Assembly: GCA_018399995.1 (NCBI GenBank)
Contig: JAGYMU010000004.1
Coordinates: forward strand, 1 to 60,995
Direction of reading: 5' to 3'
Source: Halanaerobiales bacterium
Lineage (GTDB): Bacteria > Bacillota > Halanaerobiia > Halanaerobiales > M55B127
DNA: 60,995 nt
Shown here: positions 18,660 to 28,878 of the stretch, piece after piece
Position numbering within the stretch: the first letter of the stretch is position 1
How the letters are laid out: every line of letters starts with the position of its first letter
Made by a program: the position numbers and the translations under genes
Notes under the pieces: model-generated
Database searches by the model: none
Seen by the model: only the letters and a program-made list of their open reading frames with translations
Told to the model about the DNA's origin: nothing

Positions 18660-20318
18660 ATGATGTTTGTGAAAAAAAGATTTCTTATTGTTACTATGGT
18701 TTTTGTATTAATGTTTTCATTAATAGGGACAGCCTTAGCTCAAGAAATGGATTTTACAGTATTATTTACAAACGACACACATGGGAGGGTTGAAGAGGGA
18801 GGATATGCTGGTATGGGCTTTCCCAAACTGGCTACTCTAATAAAAGAGTATCGCAGTGAGGGTAATGTTTTACTTTTGGATTCCGGAGATACTTTCCACG
18901 GTCAAACAATTGTTAACTTAAATGAAGGTGAAGCAATTGTCAATATTATGAACGAAATGGGTTATGATGCACTGACTTTGGGTAACCATGATTTTAACTT
19001 TGGTCAAGAGAGGATTAAAGAGTTGGATGAAATGTCAGATTTCCCATTGTTAGCTGCAAATCTGGATCCACTACTGGTAGAGCCCTATGTAATTAAAGAA
19101 ATTGAAGGCATGAAAATAGGTATATTTGGTCTTGCCACTCCTGAAACTACTTATAAAACACACCCCAAAAATGTAGAAGGATTAACTTTTAGAGATCCAG
19201 CAGTTGTAGCACAGGAAATGGTTGATGAGTTATCAGGACAGGTAGATATGATTATCGCCCTGGCTCACCTGGGCATATCTGAAGAAAGTGAATTTACAAG
19301 CCGTAAAGTTGCTGAAAATGTTTCTGGTATTGATTTAATTGTTGATGGCCACAGTCACCATGCTCTAGAAGAAGGCATGATGGTTAATGATACATTAATA
19401 GTGCAGGCAGGAGAATATGATAAGAATTTAGGAGTAGTTGAAGTTAAAATGGTAGACGGTGCAGTTGAAGATCTAAAGGCAAGTTTAGTCACAAAAGAAG
19501 AAGCAGAAGATGTAGAAAAAGATCCAGATATTTTAGCACAAATTGAAGAAATAAAAGCAGAAAATGAAGAGATAACATCAGCTGTAGTAGGTAAAACTTC
19601 TGTAGAATTAAATGGTGAACGTGAATATGTAAGAACTGGCGAAACCAATTTGGGTAATCTATTAACAGATGCTATGTTAGCTAAGGTCGATGCAGATGTT
19701 GCAATAACTAATGGTGGAGGTATTAGAGCATCAATAGATGAAGGAGAAATAACCAAGGGTGAGATAATCACTGTACTGCCTTTTGGTAATACCACTATAG
19801 TCAAGAAATTAACTGGTGCTCAACTATTAGATGTTGTAGAACATGGAGTTTCTCAATATCCTGCTCACGAAGGATTATTCCCACAGGTTGGCGGAATAAG
19901 GATAATATTTGATGGTGAACGACCAGCAGGAGAAAGGGTAATTGATCTTAAAGTACAGGGAGAGCCCATAGAATATGATGATGTTTATCATGTAGCAACC
20001 AATGACTTCATGGCTGCTGGAGGAGATGGTTATGAGACATTTGCTAATACAGAAACTGTAGTTGAAGCAGGTGGCCTGGAAGAAGTTCTTATGGAATATA
20101 TCAGTAATAAAGGAACTGTAGCACCCGTTAGAGAGGGTAGAATTATTGAAGTTGATAAAGAAGGCAACAATTATATCTATGATGTACGCAAAGGAGATTA
20201 TCTTGCTAAGATTTCCAAAATGTTTAATGTTAAGATAGATGCTATAATGGAAGCTAATAATATAGAAAGTGCCAATATGATCTATGCTGGTCAAGAAATA
20301 GCAATACCAATGGATTAA
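18660..20318 (+). CDS. Secreted 5'-nucleotidase/UDP-sugar hydrolase with C-terminal LysM
   Basis: Signal peptide; TNDTHG, DSGD, LGNHDF, GHSH, NGGGIR, LPFGN; LysM YDVRKGDYLAKIS...IYAGQEIAIP. Confidence 0.92.
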   Translation: MMFVKKRFLIVTMVFVLMFSLIGTALAQEMDFTVLFTNDTHGRVEEGGYAGMGFPKLATLIKEYRSEGNVLLLDSGDTFHGQTIVNLNEGEAIVNIMNEMGYDALTLGNHDFNFGQERIKELDEMSDFPLLAANLDPLLVEPYVIKEIEGMKIGIFGLATPETTYKTHPKNVEGLTFRDPAVVAQEMVDELSGQVDMIIALAHLGISEESEFTSRKVAENVSGIDLIVDGHSHHALEEGMMVNDTLIVQAGEYDKNLGVVEVKMVDGAVEDLKASLVTKEEAEDVEKDPDILAQIEEIKAENEEITSAVVGKTSVELNGEREYVRTGETNLGNLLTDAMLAKVDADVAITNGGGIRASIDEGEITKGEIITVLPFGNTTIVKKLTGAQLLDVVEHGVSQYPAHEGLFPQVGGIRIIFDGERPAGERVIDLKVQGEPIEYDDVYHVATNDFMAAGGDGYETFANTETVVEAGGLEEVLMEYISNKGTVAPVREGRIIEVDKEGNNYIYDVRKGDYLAKISKMFNVKIDAIMEANNIESANMIYAGQEIAIPMD

Positions 20319-20335
20319 CGGTTAATTATTAATGG

Positions 20336-20370
20336 AGGGACAGCTTTTAAGCTGTCCCTTTATTTTTTTT
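20336..20370 (+). terminator. Intrinsic terminator
   Basis: AGGGACAGCTT-TT-AAGCTGTCCCT followed by a T-rich tail. Confidence 0.85.
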
Positions 20371-20391
20371 ATAAAAAGGGGGTTGGTATTT

Positions 20392-21189
20392 GTGGAATAT
20401 GTTGATCGATTTACTGATTTAGCAATTCGTTATGGGGTTAAACTAATAATAGCATTAATTATAGTATTTATCGGGATGAAGATTATCAAATATATAGTAA
20501 ATCAATTTGGAAAATCTTTTAAAGATAAGATGGAACCCACATTACTTAATTTTTTAAAATCGGTATTTAAAAGCCTTTTAAATATTCTATTATTTTTATC
20601 AGCAGCTTCAACACTCGGCATTCAAATGACTTCATTTGTTGCTGTGCTGGGTGCTATGTCTTTTGCGATTGGTTTGGCATTACAGGGTAGCCTGGCCAAT
20701 TTTGCCGGGGGAGTATTAATATTACTGGCAAAACCATTTAAAGCAGGGGACTTTGTAGAAGCGGGGGGAAATAAAGGAACTGTGCAAGAAATTCAAATAT
20801 TGTATACTGTTCTTAATACTCCTGATAATAAAAAAGTTGTGATTCCCAATGGGGATTTAAGCAATTCAGACATAACGAACTATTCTGCCTATGATCAGAG
20901 AAGATTGGACTTAAGCTTTGGTATAGGTTATGACGATGATTTACTAAAAGCAAAAGAGGTTTTACGTGATATAGTTGAAAAAAAGGATGTGATATTGAGT
21001 AGTCCAGAACCAGTTATTAAGGTAGGAGAATTGGCAGGGAGTTCTGTAAATTTTGATGTTAAAGTATGGGTTAATTCTAAAGATTACTGGAATGTATATT
21101 ATGAGATGAAGGAAGAGGTCAAATTAAGATTTGATGAAGAGGGTATAGGTATTCCCTATCCACAAATAGATATTCATCTGGACAAATAA
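20392..21189 (+). CDS. mscS: Small-conductance mechanosensitive channel
   Basis: GLALQGSLANFAGG, KPFKAGD, IPNG, IPYPQ; start reassigned to GTG 20392. Confidence 0.9.
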   Translation: MEYVDRFTDLAIRYGVKLIIALIIVFIGMKIIKYIVNQFGKSFKDKMEPTLLNFLKSVFKSLLNILLFLSAASTLGIQMTSFVAVLGAMSFAIGLALQGSLANFAGGVLILLAKPFKAGDFVEAGGNKGTVQEIQILYTVLNTPDNKKVVIPNGDLSNSDITNYSAYDQRRLDLSFGIGYDDDLLKAKEVLRDIVEKKDVILSSPEPVIKVGELAGSSVNFDVKVWVNSKDYWNVYYEMKEEVKLRFDEEGIGIPYPQIDIHLDK

Positions 21190-21203
21190 CGGGGGTCTAT
21201 ATT

Positions 21204-22262
21204 TTGAAAGAATTTCATAAAAAATCAATTGATGATAGTGCCAGCTTGCCAGGTAAATTGCAATATGATGAAAAAGTTCAAGAAGAAGATGTAAATATCA
21301 GAGTATTTACTTATAATTATGATGAAATATATGAAGAAGAATATGAAGAGATAAACCAAGAAGTATTTGAAAAAAAAGAGGGATATAAAAAATGGATTGA
21401 TATTGATGGGGTTCATAATAGAGAAGTGATTTCTCAAGTGGGGTCCTATTTTAACTTACATCCCCTCGTTCTAGAGGATATATGGAATACCAGACAGAGA
21501 CCCAAACTTGAAGAGCAAGAAAAGGCAACAGTAATAATTTTAAATTCTCTTTTTCTAAAGAATACTGAAGTTAATACAGGTCAGATTAGTTTAATCATAA
21601 GTAATGATATTGTTATTTCTTTTCAGGAGAAGGGGATAAGTTCACTTGATCCAATTCGAGAGAGAATTAGGATGATGAAAGGGAAGATCAGGAGTTTTGG
21701 TAGTGATTATTTAGCATATACTTTAATAGATGCAATAGTTGATAAGTATTTGGAAGTCTTAGAAGAACTAGGAAATTTAATTGAGAAATTGGAAGATAAA
21801 TTAATAGAAGATCCTGAACAAGAAGATTTGGAAAAGATTCAAGAATTGAAAAAGGAAATGATATTTTTAAGAAAAATAGTATGGCCTTTAATACAGATCG
21901 ATAATATGCTTATCAGAACAAAAAGTGATTATATAAAGGACAGCACAGAAATTTACTTAAGAGATGTATATGATCACCTGACACAGGTTATTGATGAGAT
22001 CGAAGTTCTGAGAGATATGTTAAGTTCTATGCTGGATATTTATATGACAGGTTCTACAAATAAGATGAATGAAGTGATGAATGTATTAACTATTGTGGCA
22101 ACCATCTTTATACCACTGACCTTTATAGCGGGTATATATGGTATGAATTTTAGTTATATGCCAGAATTAGAAATGAAAATGGGTTATCCAATTGTATTAA
22201 CTGTTATGTTAACAATTGCTGTCTTTATGTTAATATTTTTTAAATGGAAGGATTGGTTGTAG
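21204..22262 (+). CDS. corA: CorA Mg2+/Co2+ transporter
   Basis: HPLVLED, QRPK, YLRDVYDH, PLTFIAGIYGMNF (GMN motif), MPEL. Confidence 0.93.
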   Translation: MKEFHKKSIDDSASLPGKLQYDEKVQEEDVNIRVFTYNYDEIYEEEYEEINQEVFEKKEGYKKWIDIDGVHNREVISQVGSYFNLHPLVLEDIWNTRQRPKLEEQEKATVIILNSLFLKNTEVNTGQISLIISNDIVISFQEKGISSLDPIRERIRMMKGKIRSFGSDYLAYTLIDAIVDKYLEVLEELGNLIEKLEDKLIEDPEQEDLEKIQELKKEMIFLRKIVWPLIQIDNMLIRTKSDYIKDSTEIYLRDVYDHLTQVIDEIEVLRDMLSSMLDIYMTGSTNKMNEVMNVLTIVATIFIPLTFIAGIYGMNFSYMPELEMKMGYPIVLTVMLTIAVFMLIFFKWKDWL

Positions 22263-22321
22263 ATTTTAAAATTAAATTACAGATATAATAAAACAGATAA
22301 GTAAAAAGAGTAGCCATTTAA

Positions 22322-23470
22322 TTAGACTACTCTTTTTTCTGTTTTACTGAGAAAAATATAATAACCAAGTCCGGCAGTAAAAGCAAGAGCTGCCCATGTC
22401 AAATACATTATATCACCGCCCAGCTTATCAAAAATTACTCCTCCTACCATGTTGCCTACAATGCTACCCAAACCGATATATACTGAGGTAAAAACATTTT
22501 GGGCGGTAGCTTTGATTTCATCTTTGGTTACTTTGTTAATAAAGTTTACACAAGTAACATAAAAAAGTCCGAAGGATAAGCTATGTAATATTTGTGAACT
22601 TAAAAATATAATTCTTATTGGGTATAAGCCTAAAAGTATCCATCTTATAACAAAAGCGGAGGAAGATACTGCAAATATGTGTTTGATGTTAAATCTATCG
22701 AGAATTTTATCAGAGAAAAGCAAGATCAGAATTTCACTGATAGAGCCGACCATTTTAGTTAAACCAAATAAGCCTTCTTTACCACCATATTCTAATACAT
22801 ATAAGGGGAAATAAGTTAAGTTACCATTCATTGTTATCTGCATAAAGAAAACATATATTAAAAAGGCAACAAATAGTTTGTTTTTAAACAACAGACCAAT
22901 ATTAGCAAATCTTCCTTGATCATTATCATTATCTATACTCTTTTGAATTTCGTTTTCGGGTAATTTCATACTGATTAATAATGTTAGAAATAAAAGGGCT
23001 GATAAAATATAAAAAGTATTGGAAACATTTGTGTTCTCAAAAAAGAAACCAAGTATTGGTACAATTATTGAATAACCAAGAGAGCCCCATAGTCTAAAAC
23101 GGCCATATTTGTTTTCCTGGTCTCCTAAAAAACCAAAAAGGAGATTGTCGTATAAAGGTCGAATTGGGTTCATAAAAGAAGCCAAAAATACCATGAGCAC
23201 GATAATAATTATCAGATTAGAAGTTGTTAAAAACATTAAACTAAACACCATAGTACCGATGACAGCAAACTGTAGCACCCTCTTATTTGCCTTAAGGCTG
23301 TCTGAGGCTATCCCCCAGAAAGGTAAGATGAATAGGGCTACTCCTCGGGCAATTGAATTTATAAGGCCAATCTGGGTTGATGTGTAACCCAAATTGCTGA
23401 AGTGAATATTAAAAAATGATTTTGCTGCAAAAGACATATAGTAAATAAAATTAAATAATTTAAAATGCAT
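22322..23470 (-). CDS. MFS transporter (NupG/HcaT-like)
   Basis: About 12 hydrophobic segments; YGRFRLWGSLG, SQILHSLSFG. Confidence 0.85.
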   Translation of the reverse strand: MHFKLFNFIYYMSFAAKSFFNIHFSNLGYTSTQIGLINSIARGVALFILPFWGIASDSLKANKRVLQFAVIGTMVFSLMFLTTSNLIIIIVLMVFLASFMNPIRPLYDNLLFGFLGDQENKYGRFRLWGSLGYSIIVPILGFFFENTNVSNTFYILSALLFLTLLISMKLPENEIQKSIDNDNDQGRFANIGLLFKNKLFVAFLIYVFFMQITMNGNLTYFPLYVLEYGGKEGLFGLTKMVGSISEILILLFSDKILDRFNIKHIFAVSSSAFVIRWILLGLYPIRIIFLSSQILHSLSFGLFYVTCVNFINKVTKDEIKATAQNVFTSVYIGLGSIVGNMVGGVIFDKLGGDIMYLTWAALAFTAGLGYYIFLSKTEKRVV

Positions 23471-23537
23471 GATCTCACCTCCTGATTAAGTAAACAATTA
23501 TTACCAATAAAACATATCACATATATTATTATAATGC

Positions 23538-23560
23538 AAAAAACCCCCTTTTAAAAGGGG
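23538..23560 (-). terminator. Terminator after the xdh-like operon
   Basis: Minus strand CCCCTTTTAAAAGGGGGTTTTTT. Confidence 0.65.
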
Positions 23561-23568
23561 ATAAAAAT

Positions 23569-24039
23569 TTATCTATTATCGATAACTTTATTTACCGCTC
23601 TTTCTATTCCTTCATATCCAGTACACCTACATAAATTGCTGTTCAGCCACTCCTTTATTTGTTGTTCATTGGGTTTTTTATATTTATCTAAAAGTGCATA
23701 AGCATTTACAATAAAACCAGAAGTACAATAGCCGCACTGGTATCCTTCTTTATCAATAAAAGCTTTTTGAATTTCGGTTTTCTTAAGTCCTTCTATAGTT
23801 GTAATATCGTTACCTTCCATTTCTACTGCTAAAGCCATACATGATTTGAAAGGTTTATCATTGATTAGAACGGTACAGGCTCCACAGTCCCCATTTTCAC
23901 AGCCTGCTTTTGGGCCGGTTAATTCTAATTTATCTCTCAATATATTTAATAATGTTTCATTAGGCTTTACTACAACTTTGTATATTTCATTATTGATCTT
24001 TAGTGAAATTTCTTTATTACCTTTGTATGTTATCATCAT
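23569..24039 (-). CDS. Xanthine dehydrogenase family [2Fe-2S] subunit
   Basis: GCENGDCGACTV, QCGYCTSG, NLCRCTGY. Confidence 0.92.
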   Translation of the reverse strand: MMITYKGNKEISLKINNEIYKVVVKPNETLLNILRDKLELTGPKAGCENGDCGACTVLINDKPFKSCMALAVEMEGNDITTIEGLKKTEIQKAFIDKEGYQCGYCTSGFIVNAYALLDKYKKPNEQQIKEWLNSNLCRCTGYEGIERAVNKVIDNR

Positions 24040-24875
24040 ATCTCACTCCCCAATTGATCTAAACATGAATTTAAGGAATTTCTAAAAAGCATTTCTTTAT
24101 AATCTTTACCACCACGATAATTAGAACTAATAGGAACCGGCAGGTTATTTACTACTTGGTCTATTTTTTCCAGGCGTGTTAATTTATTATCATTGATGAT
24201 AGTTTCTAAATCTTTATCGCGAAATGGAAAGGCACAGAGTGAACTTAAGGATGTTTTAATTTTGTCATTTTGTTTGAGGGCAACCAGATGCATAATAGGG
24301 TAATCGATTTCACTTTGTTTAACTTCTCTTATCTGAAAATAAGGTAGATCGATAACACCTTTATCAATATGAATCTGTAATAAAATATCTTCCGGTTTAA
24401 GCTGTAATCTTTTGTCAAATAATTGAGTTATTTTTTTGATTGTGATTCCATTTTGAGTCATAACTTTAAGGTTTGCATTCGCCACTAATAAAGATAAAAC
24501 AGCTTCTTTATAAGGGAGCTTGCCTGCCAAATTACCCCCTATAGTAATTTGGTTTCTGGTGGTATGATCGGCTATACCTCTGCAGGAATTACTTAATAAA
24601 GGGAAATAATTTTTTTCTATTATCATATTTAATGGTACCGAAGATCCAATAATAATCTGTTTTTCATTGGATTTTAATACAGAACATTCCGGGATATTTT
24701 GTATATCAATCAAAGCAGAAAATTTAATTTTATTTTTTCGGGCATATGTAACTATTTCTGTACCACCATTGTAATATAATACATTTTGATTTTGTTCTGA
24801 TAGTTCGAGATATTTATGAAGTGCCTCTTTTGCATTTTCTGCTCGGTAATAGTCAAAGTCAAAACTAATCATCAT
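24036..24875 (-). CDS. Xanthine dehydrogenase family FAD subunit
   Basis: FDYYRA, GGTE, RNQITIGGNL. Confidence 0.88.
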   Translation of the reverse strand: MMISFDFDYYRAENAKEALHKYLELSEQNQNVLYYNGGTEIVTYARKNKIKFSALIDIQNIPECSVLKSNEKQIIIGSSVPLNMIIEKNYFPLLSNSCRGIADHTTRNQITIGGNLAGKLPYKEAVLSLLVANANLKVMTQNGITIKKITQLFDKRLQLKPEDILLQIHIDKGVIDLPYFQIREVKQSEIDYPIMHLVALKQNDKIKTSLSSLCAFPFRDKDLETIINDNKLTRLEKIDQVVNNLPVPISSNYRGGKDYKEMLFRNSLNSCLDQLGSEI

Positions 24876-27198
24876 TATGACCCTCCTTTACATTTTTATA
24901 AATCAACTCAGGTATTAAGGGCAATTCCTTAATTTCTTGATTAACTGCATTTGAAATAGCATTGGCTAGAGCTCCTGGCATACCGATAACTCCTTGTTCA
25001 CCCAGGCCTCTAGCCCCAAATGGCCCATCACCCTGTGGTGTTTCTATAAATTCAACATAATAATTGGGGTGTTCACCATATCTTAATATCTTATAGTCTC
25101 TCAGTGTATCATTTTGTACTAGATTTGATGAATTAAAAGAAAACCCCTCACTGCGGGCAAAACTAAGACCCATAGCCATCGCTCCTGTCACTTGTCCACG
25201 TGCTAAATCCGGATTAATAACTTTACCCACATCCATTGTCGAAGCAGCTTTTTTTATTTCATAGGAGTAATTACGTAAATTAAATTCTATTTTAACTGCT
25301 TGGGCCCCTAAAGTCCATTCTAAGGCAGGTCTTCCTTCACCTGTTTTAGGGTCCATACTGCTTAATTTACGGGCAATATAATTACCTCGTCCTATTATTT
25401 GACCCCCTATTGCATTACCATTTTCATAAACATAACCCAGACAGAGATCTCTTACTTTAATAAAAATGTTTGGTTCATCAGTCATAAAAACTTTTTGTTC
25501 AGCAACTGTTAAGTCTTCTACAGGACATCTTAAAACTCTTGCCGCTGTATTTTTTAATTGCTGTATGGCGTCTTCAGAGGCATTAATAGCTGCGCGACCA
25601 GCCATCATAAGACTGCGGCTGGCTGCAGTTGCCCAATCATGGGGTCCTGTTTTAGTATTTACTTCTGAAGTGATGTGAACTTTATTTAAAGGCATTTGCA
25701 GTTTTTCTGCAACGATCTGTCTCAAAGCGGTTTTTGTACCCTGACCAATTTCAACAATTGAATTATGTAAATTTACACTTCCATCATTGTTGAAGGTTAA
25801 AATAGCTCCAGCATCAGTATTTGTAGGCATAGCAGGTGATTTCCAGAGTAATCCCATGCCCCGCGCAATTACTTTATCATTATCAATTTTTACTACTGAA
25901 CCCTGATCCCAGTTTATCAATTCAGCAGTTTTATTAATACAGGCTTTCAAATCCCCTGTGTTATTGTCCATCAAACTTCTGGTAGGAGTTGTATCGCCTT
26001 TTGAGATAGCATTAATTAGTCTTAATTTTACAGGGTCAATATCAATTTTTTTTGCTAAAATATCTATACTCCGCTCTATCACATAGGCTAGTTCTATATG
26101 TCCAAAACCCCTATAGGCTGTTGCAAAGGGATGATTTGTATATAAACAGTATGAATCACAATTTAGATTGTCAACCCTGTAAGGTCCAGTGGCAGATATA
26201 GCTGCAGCTCTGCTCACATTGACGGCATAATCTGCATAAGCACCTGCATCAAAATAGTACTGTAGGTCCATTCCTGTTATATTTGCCTGCTCATCTGCTG
26301 TGATGGTGACATTTGCCTCTAGACCTATATGTCCAGGTGAAGAGACCATATCATCTTCTCTTTTATTAACTATTTTAACTGGTTTTCCGCCTACAGATTT
26401 GGATAATATATAGGCTAATCCCTCTAGTTGCAGGCCGGCTTTTCCTCCAAATCCCCCTCCAATAGGAGGGGCTATAACATTGATCTTCCCAGTTGGAATA
26501 TCAAAATTAAAAGCCAGCAATTCTTTGACAACAAAAGGAGCCTGAGTAGTAGAATAAATTTGCACATCACCATTTGCTTTAATTTCAGCAACAGCAGATC
26601 TGTTTTCCATAGCAACATGGTCACCGGGAGGGAATTTAAATTTTTCCTTTATTACATATTTTGCTTCTTTAGCTGCTTTTTGGTAATTTCCTTTTCTTAT
26701 TTTAGTTAAATTTGCTATATTGCTGTTAGGTTGGGGAACAACATCAGGAATATGATTATAATTCTTAAGATTCTGATGCAGAATAGGAGCTTCTTTTTTT
26801 AGGGATTCCCGGGATGAGCTAACAGAATTAAGTTTTTTATATTTAACCCTTATCTTCTGAACAGCTTTTTCTGCATCTGCTTTACTTTTTGCAATTACAG
26901 CAGCTACAGGTTCACCATAGTACCTTACTTTTTGAACTGCCAGGGGTGGTTTATCTCCCAGATAAAGACCCATAGCATGAGGATGATAATCACCTGTAAG
27001 CACTCTTTTAACACCAGGTGAATTTTCTGCCTCTTTTATATCAATATTTAGGATTTCAGCATGGGCATGAGGGCTGCTCAAGATTGATGCATAAAGCAAA
27101 CCACCAAATTTCAAATCATCTAAATATTTCTGGTCACCACTAATCTTATCCAGACCATCATTTCTTTTAATTGATTTGCCGACAAAACTTTTTGTCAA
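24865..27198 (-). CDS. Xanthine dehydrogenase family molybdopterin subunit
   Basis: SPHAHA, TQAP, IGGGFGGK, AYRGFG, EIGQG, ARGLGE. Confidence 0.92.
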   Translation of the reverse strand: MTKSFVGKSIKRNDGLDKISGDQKYLDDLKFGGLLYASILSSPHAHAEILNIDIKEAENSPGVKRVLTGDYHPHAMGLYLGDKPPLAVQKVRYYGEPVAAVIAKSKADAEKAVQKIRVKYKKLNSVSSSRESLKKEAPILHQNLKNYNHIPDVVPQPNSNIANLTKIRKGNYQKAAKEAKYVIKEKFKFPPGDHVAMENRSAVAEIKANGDVQIYSTTQAPFVVKELLAFNFDIPTGKINVIAPPIGGGFGGKAGLQLEGLAYILSKSVGGKPVKIVNKREDDMVSSPGHIGLEANVTITADEQANITGMDLQYYFDAGAYADYAVNVSRAAAISATGPYRVDNLNCDSYCLYTNHPFATAYRGFGHIELAYVIERSIDILAKKIDIDPVKLRLINAISKGDTTPTRSLMDNNTGDLKACINKTAELINWDQGSVVKIDNDKVIARGMGLLWKSPAMPTNTDAGAILTFNNDGSVNLHNSIVEIGQGTKTALRQIVAEKLQMPLNKVHITSEVNTKTGPHDWATAASRSLMMAGRAAINASEDAIQQLKNTAARVLRCPVEDLTVAEQKVFMTDEPNIFIKVRDLCLGYVYENGNAIGGQIIGRGNYIARKLSSMDPKTGEGRPALEWTLGAQAVKIEFNLRNYSYEIKKAASTMDVGKVINPDLARGQVTGAMAMGLSFARSEGFSFNSSNLVQNDTLRDYKILRYGEHPNYYVEFIETPQGDGPFGARGLGEQGVIGMPGALANAISNAVNQEIKELPLIPELIYKNVKEGHNDD

Positions 27199-27666
27199 TT
27201 GTTATCCACCTCTTTTTTAATAAAAACTATTACTAATAATATATATTAGATGGTTATATTCCAATTCCTGCTTTTAATATCTAAATTAGTGTTCTTTTAA
27301 ATAATTAAATTATCAATTAACCAGGGCCGATCAATATAGAATAATTATTTTAATATTTAATAAGCAAGGTGAATCTCTCTGCTCAAATCCAAAACATGAG
27401 TTTGATGGATTTTTTGAGAAACTTTTAAAAAGTATCTTCTTTGTACAGTTTTTCTGGTTTTGTTTCTTTGTTTGGCAGGGAATTTGAAGGCATATGAGCT
27501 ATAGATAAAGCCATGGATTTTTTTAAACATGATCTTCATCACATGATCATAATATTTTTCTAAATATCAAAAAGAACCTACTATAAATCTTAACTTTACT
27601 TATAATAATCGTGAATTTATTAAACTTAAAACCAGCAAAAAACAAAATGGATTTAGACTTTGTCTG

Positions 27667-27680
27667 TGAAACCGTTATCT
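27667..27680 (+). promoter_or_regulatory. cre/LacI-family-like operator
   Basis: TGAAACCGTTATCT versus TGWNANCGNTNWCA (one mismatch), adjacent to a SigH-like promoter. Confidence 0.4.
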
Positions 27681-27684
27681 TTAC

Positions 27685-27713
27685 AAAGGAAATTAAAGAT
27701 TGTTGTTGAATTA
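27685..27713 (+). promoter_or_regulatory. SigH-like promoter upstream of the PfkB kinase
   Basis: AAAGGAAAT-N11-GTTGAATTA matches RNAGGAWWW-N11-RNNGAATWW. Confidence 0.55.
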
Positions 27714-27896
27714 TAAAATTAGCTTCATTTCTGTTTTCTAAAATTTTGAGCAGTTTCTCTTGATAATAGAGGAAAAGAGGAGTGAGGTTTTTTATTCATA
27801 TCAATTACTATTAAATTAAAATATATGTTGATGAAATTCGCTTATTTATATAATACTGGGAATAAGGGGCTATAATATTAAAGGAGGGAAAAATAA

Positions 27897-28841
27897 ATGA
27901 ATGGTGTAATAACCCTGGGTGAGGCGCTAATAGATTTTATACCCGTAGACAGTCAAAATAGATTATATAAAAAAAATCCTGGAGGGGCGCCAGCAAATGT
28001 TGCGGTTGGACTTTCCAGACTGGGTAGTGAAACTGCTTTTATAACAAAAATGGGTGATGATGTTCTTGGCAGATATTTATATGAAATATTTGATCTAGAA
28101 GAAATAAATTTGAATAATATGTTATTAACTGATCAGGCTAGAACGCAATTATCGATAGTGACTTTAAATAAATCGGGAGATAGGAAATTTGATTTCTTTG
28201 TAGAAAAAAGTGCTGACAAATTATTAAAAAAGGAAGAAATTGATCAGAAAATTTTCGAAAAATACAAGATATTTCATTTTGGTTCGATTTCAATGATTGA
28301 TGAAGGGGCAAGAGAGGCCACCTTATATGCCTTAGATCTTGCAGTAGAAAATGGCATGTATGTATCTTATGATCCCAATCTAAGGGAGATATTATGGGGT
28401 GATCTAGATAAAGCGAGAAAAGTAATTAAAACTGTTTTAGGGAAGGTAGATATCTTAAAGGTTTCTCGAGAAGAACTGATTTTTTTAACGCAAGTTGAAG
28501 AATTGAAAAATGGTGTAGAACAAATAAAAAACAAAAATGATATAAAATTAGTATTAATTACAGATGGAGAAAATGGAGCTTATTTTTATAAGGATGAATT
28601 ATACCATGTACCTACAAAAGAGGTAGATGCTGTTGATACAACCGGTGCAGGTGATGCTTTTGTTTCCGCTTTTTTAAATAGAATAGATAAATGCAATCAG
28701 GATTTAGAAGACTTGAACAAAATCAAGATTGAGAAGATTTGTCAGTTTGCAAATCACTGCTCATCTCTCGTAATTACAAAAGAAGGTGCTATGACAAAAC
28801 TACCGTATATAAAAGATGTCAGGGAATTTTTGAAAGTATGA
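27897..28841 (+). CDS. PfkB family carbohydrate kinase (fructokinase-like)
   Basis: GEALID, PGGAPANVAVG, YDPNLR, DTTGAGDAF. Confidence 0.9.
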   Translation: MNGVITLGEALIDFIPVDSQNRLYKKNPGGAPANVAVGLSRLGSETAFITKMGDDVLGRYLYEIFDLEEINLNNMLLTDQARTQLSIVTLNKSGDRKFDFFVEKSADKLLKKEEIDQKIFEKYKIFHFGSISMIDEGAREATLYALDLAVENGMYVSYDPNLREILWGDLDKARKVIKTVLGKVDILKVSREELIFLTQVEELKNGVEQIKNKNDIKLVLITDGENGAYFYKDELYHVPTKEVDAVDTTGAGDAFVSAFLNRIDKCNQDLEDLNKIKIEKICQFANHCSSLVITKEGAMTKLPYIKDVREFLKV

Positions 28842-28878
28842 GTATTTGTATAAATATCTGATAAAATATAGACAAACT

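Noticed and set aside
20332-20391. N-terminal extension of MscS in the ORF track
   Set aside because: It overlaps a terminator hairpin; GTG 20392 has a better RBS.
24865-27198. Aerobic CO dehydrogenase CoxL form I
   Set aside because: The active-site loop is AYRGFG, not AYxCSFR.
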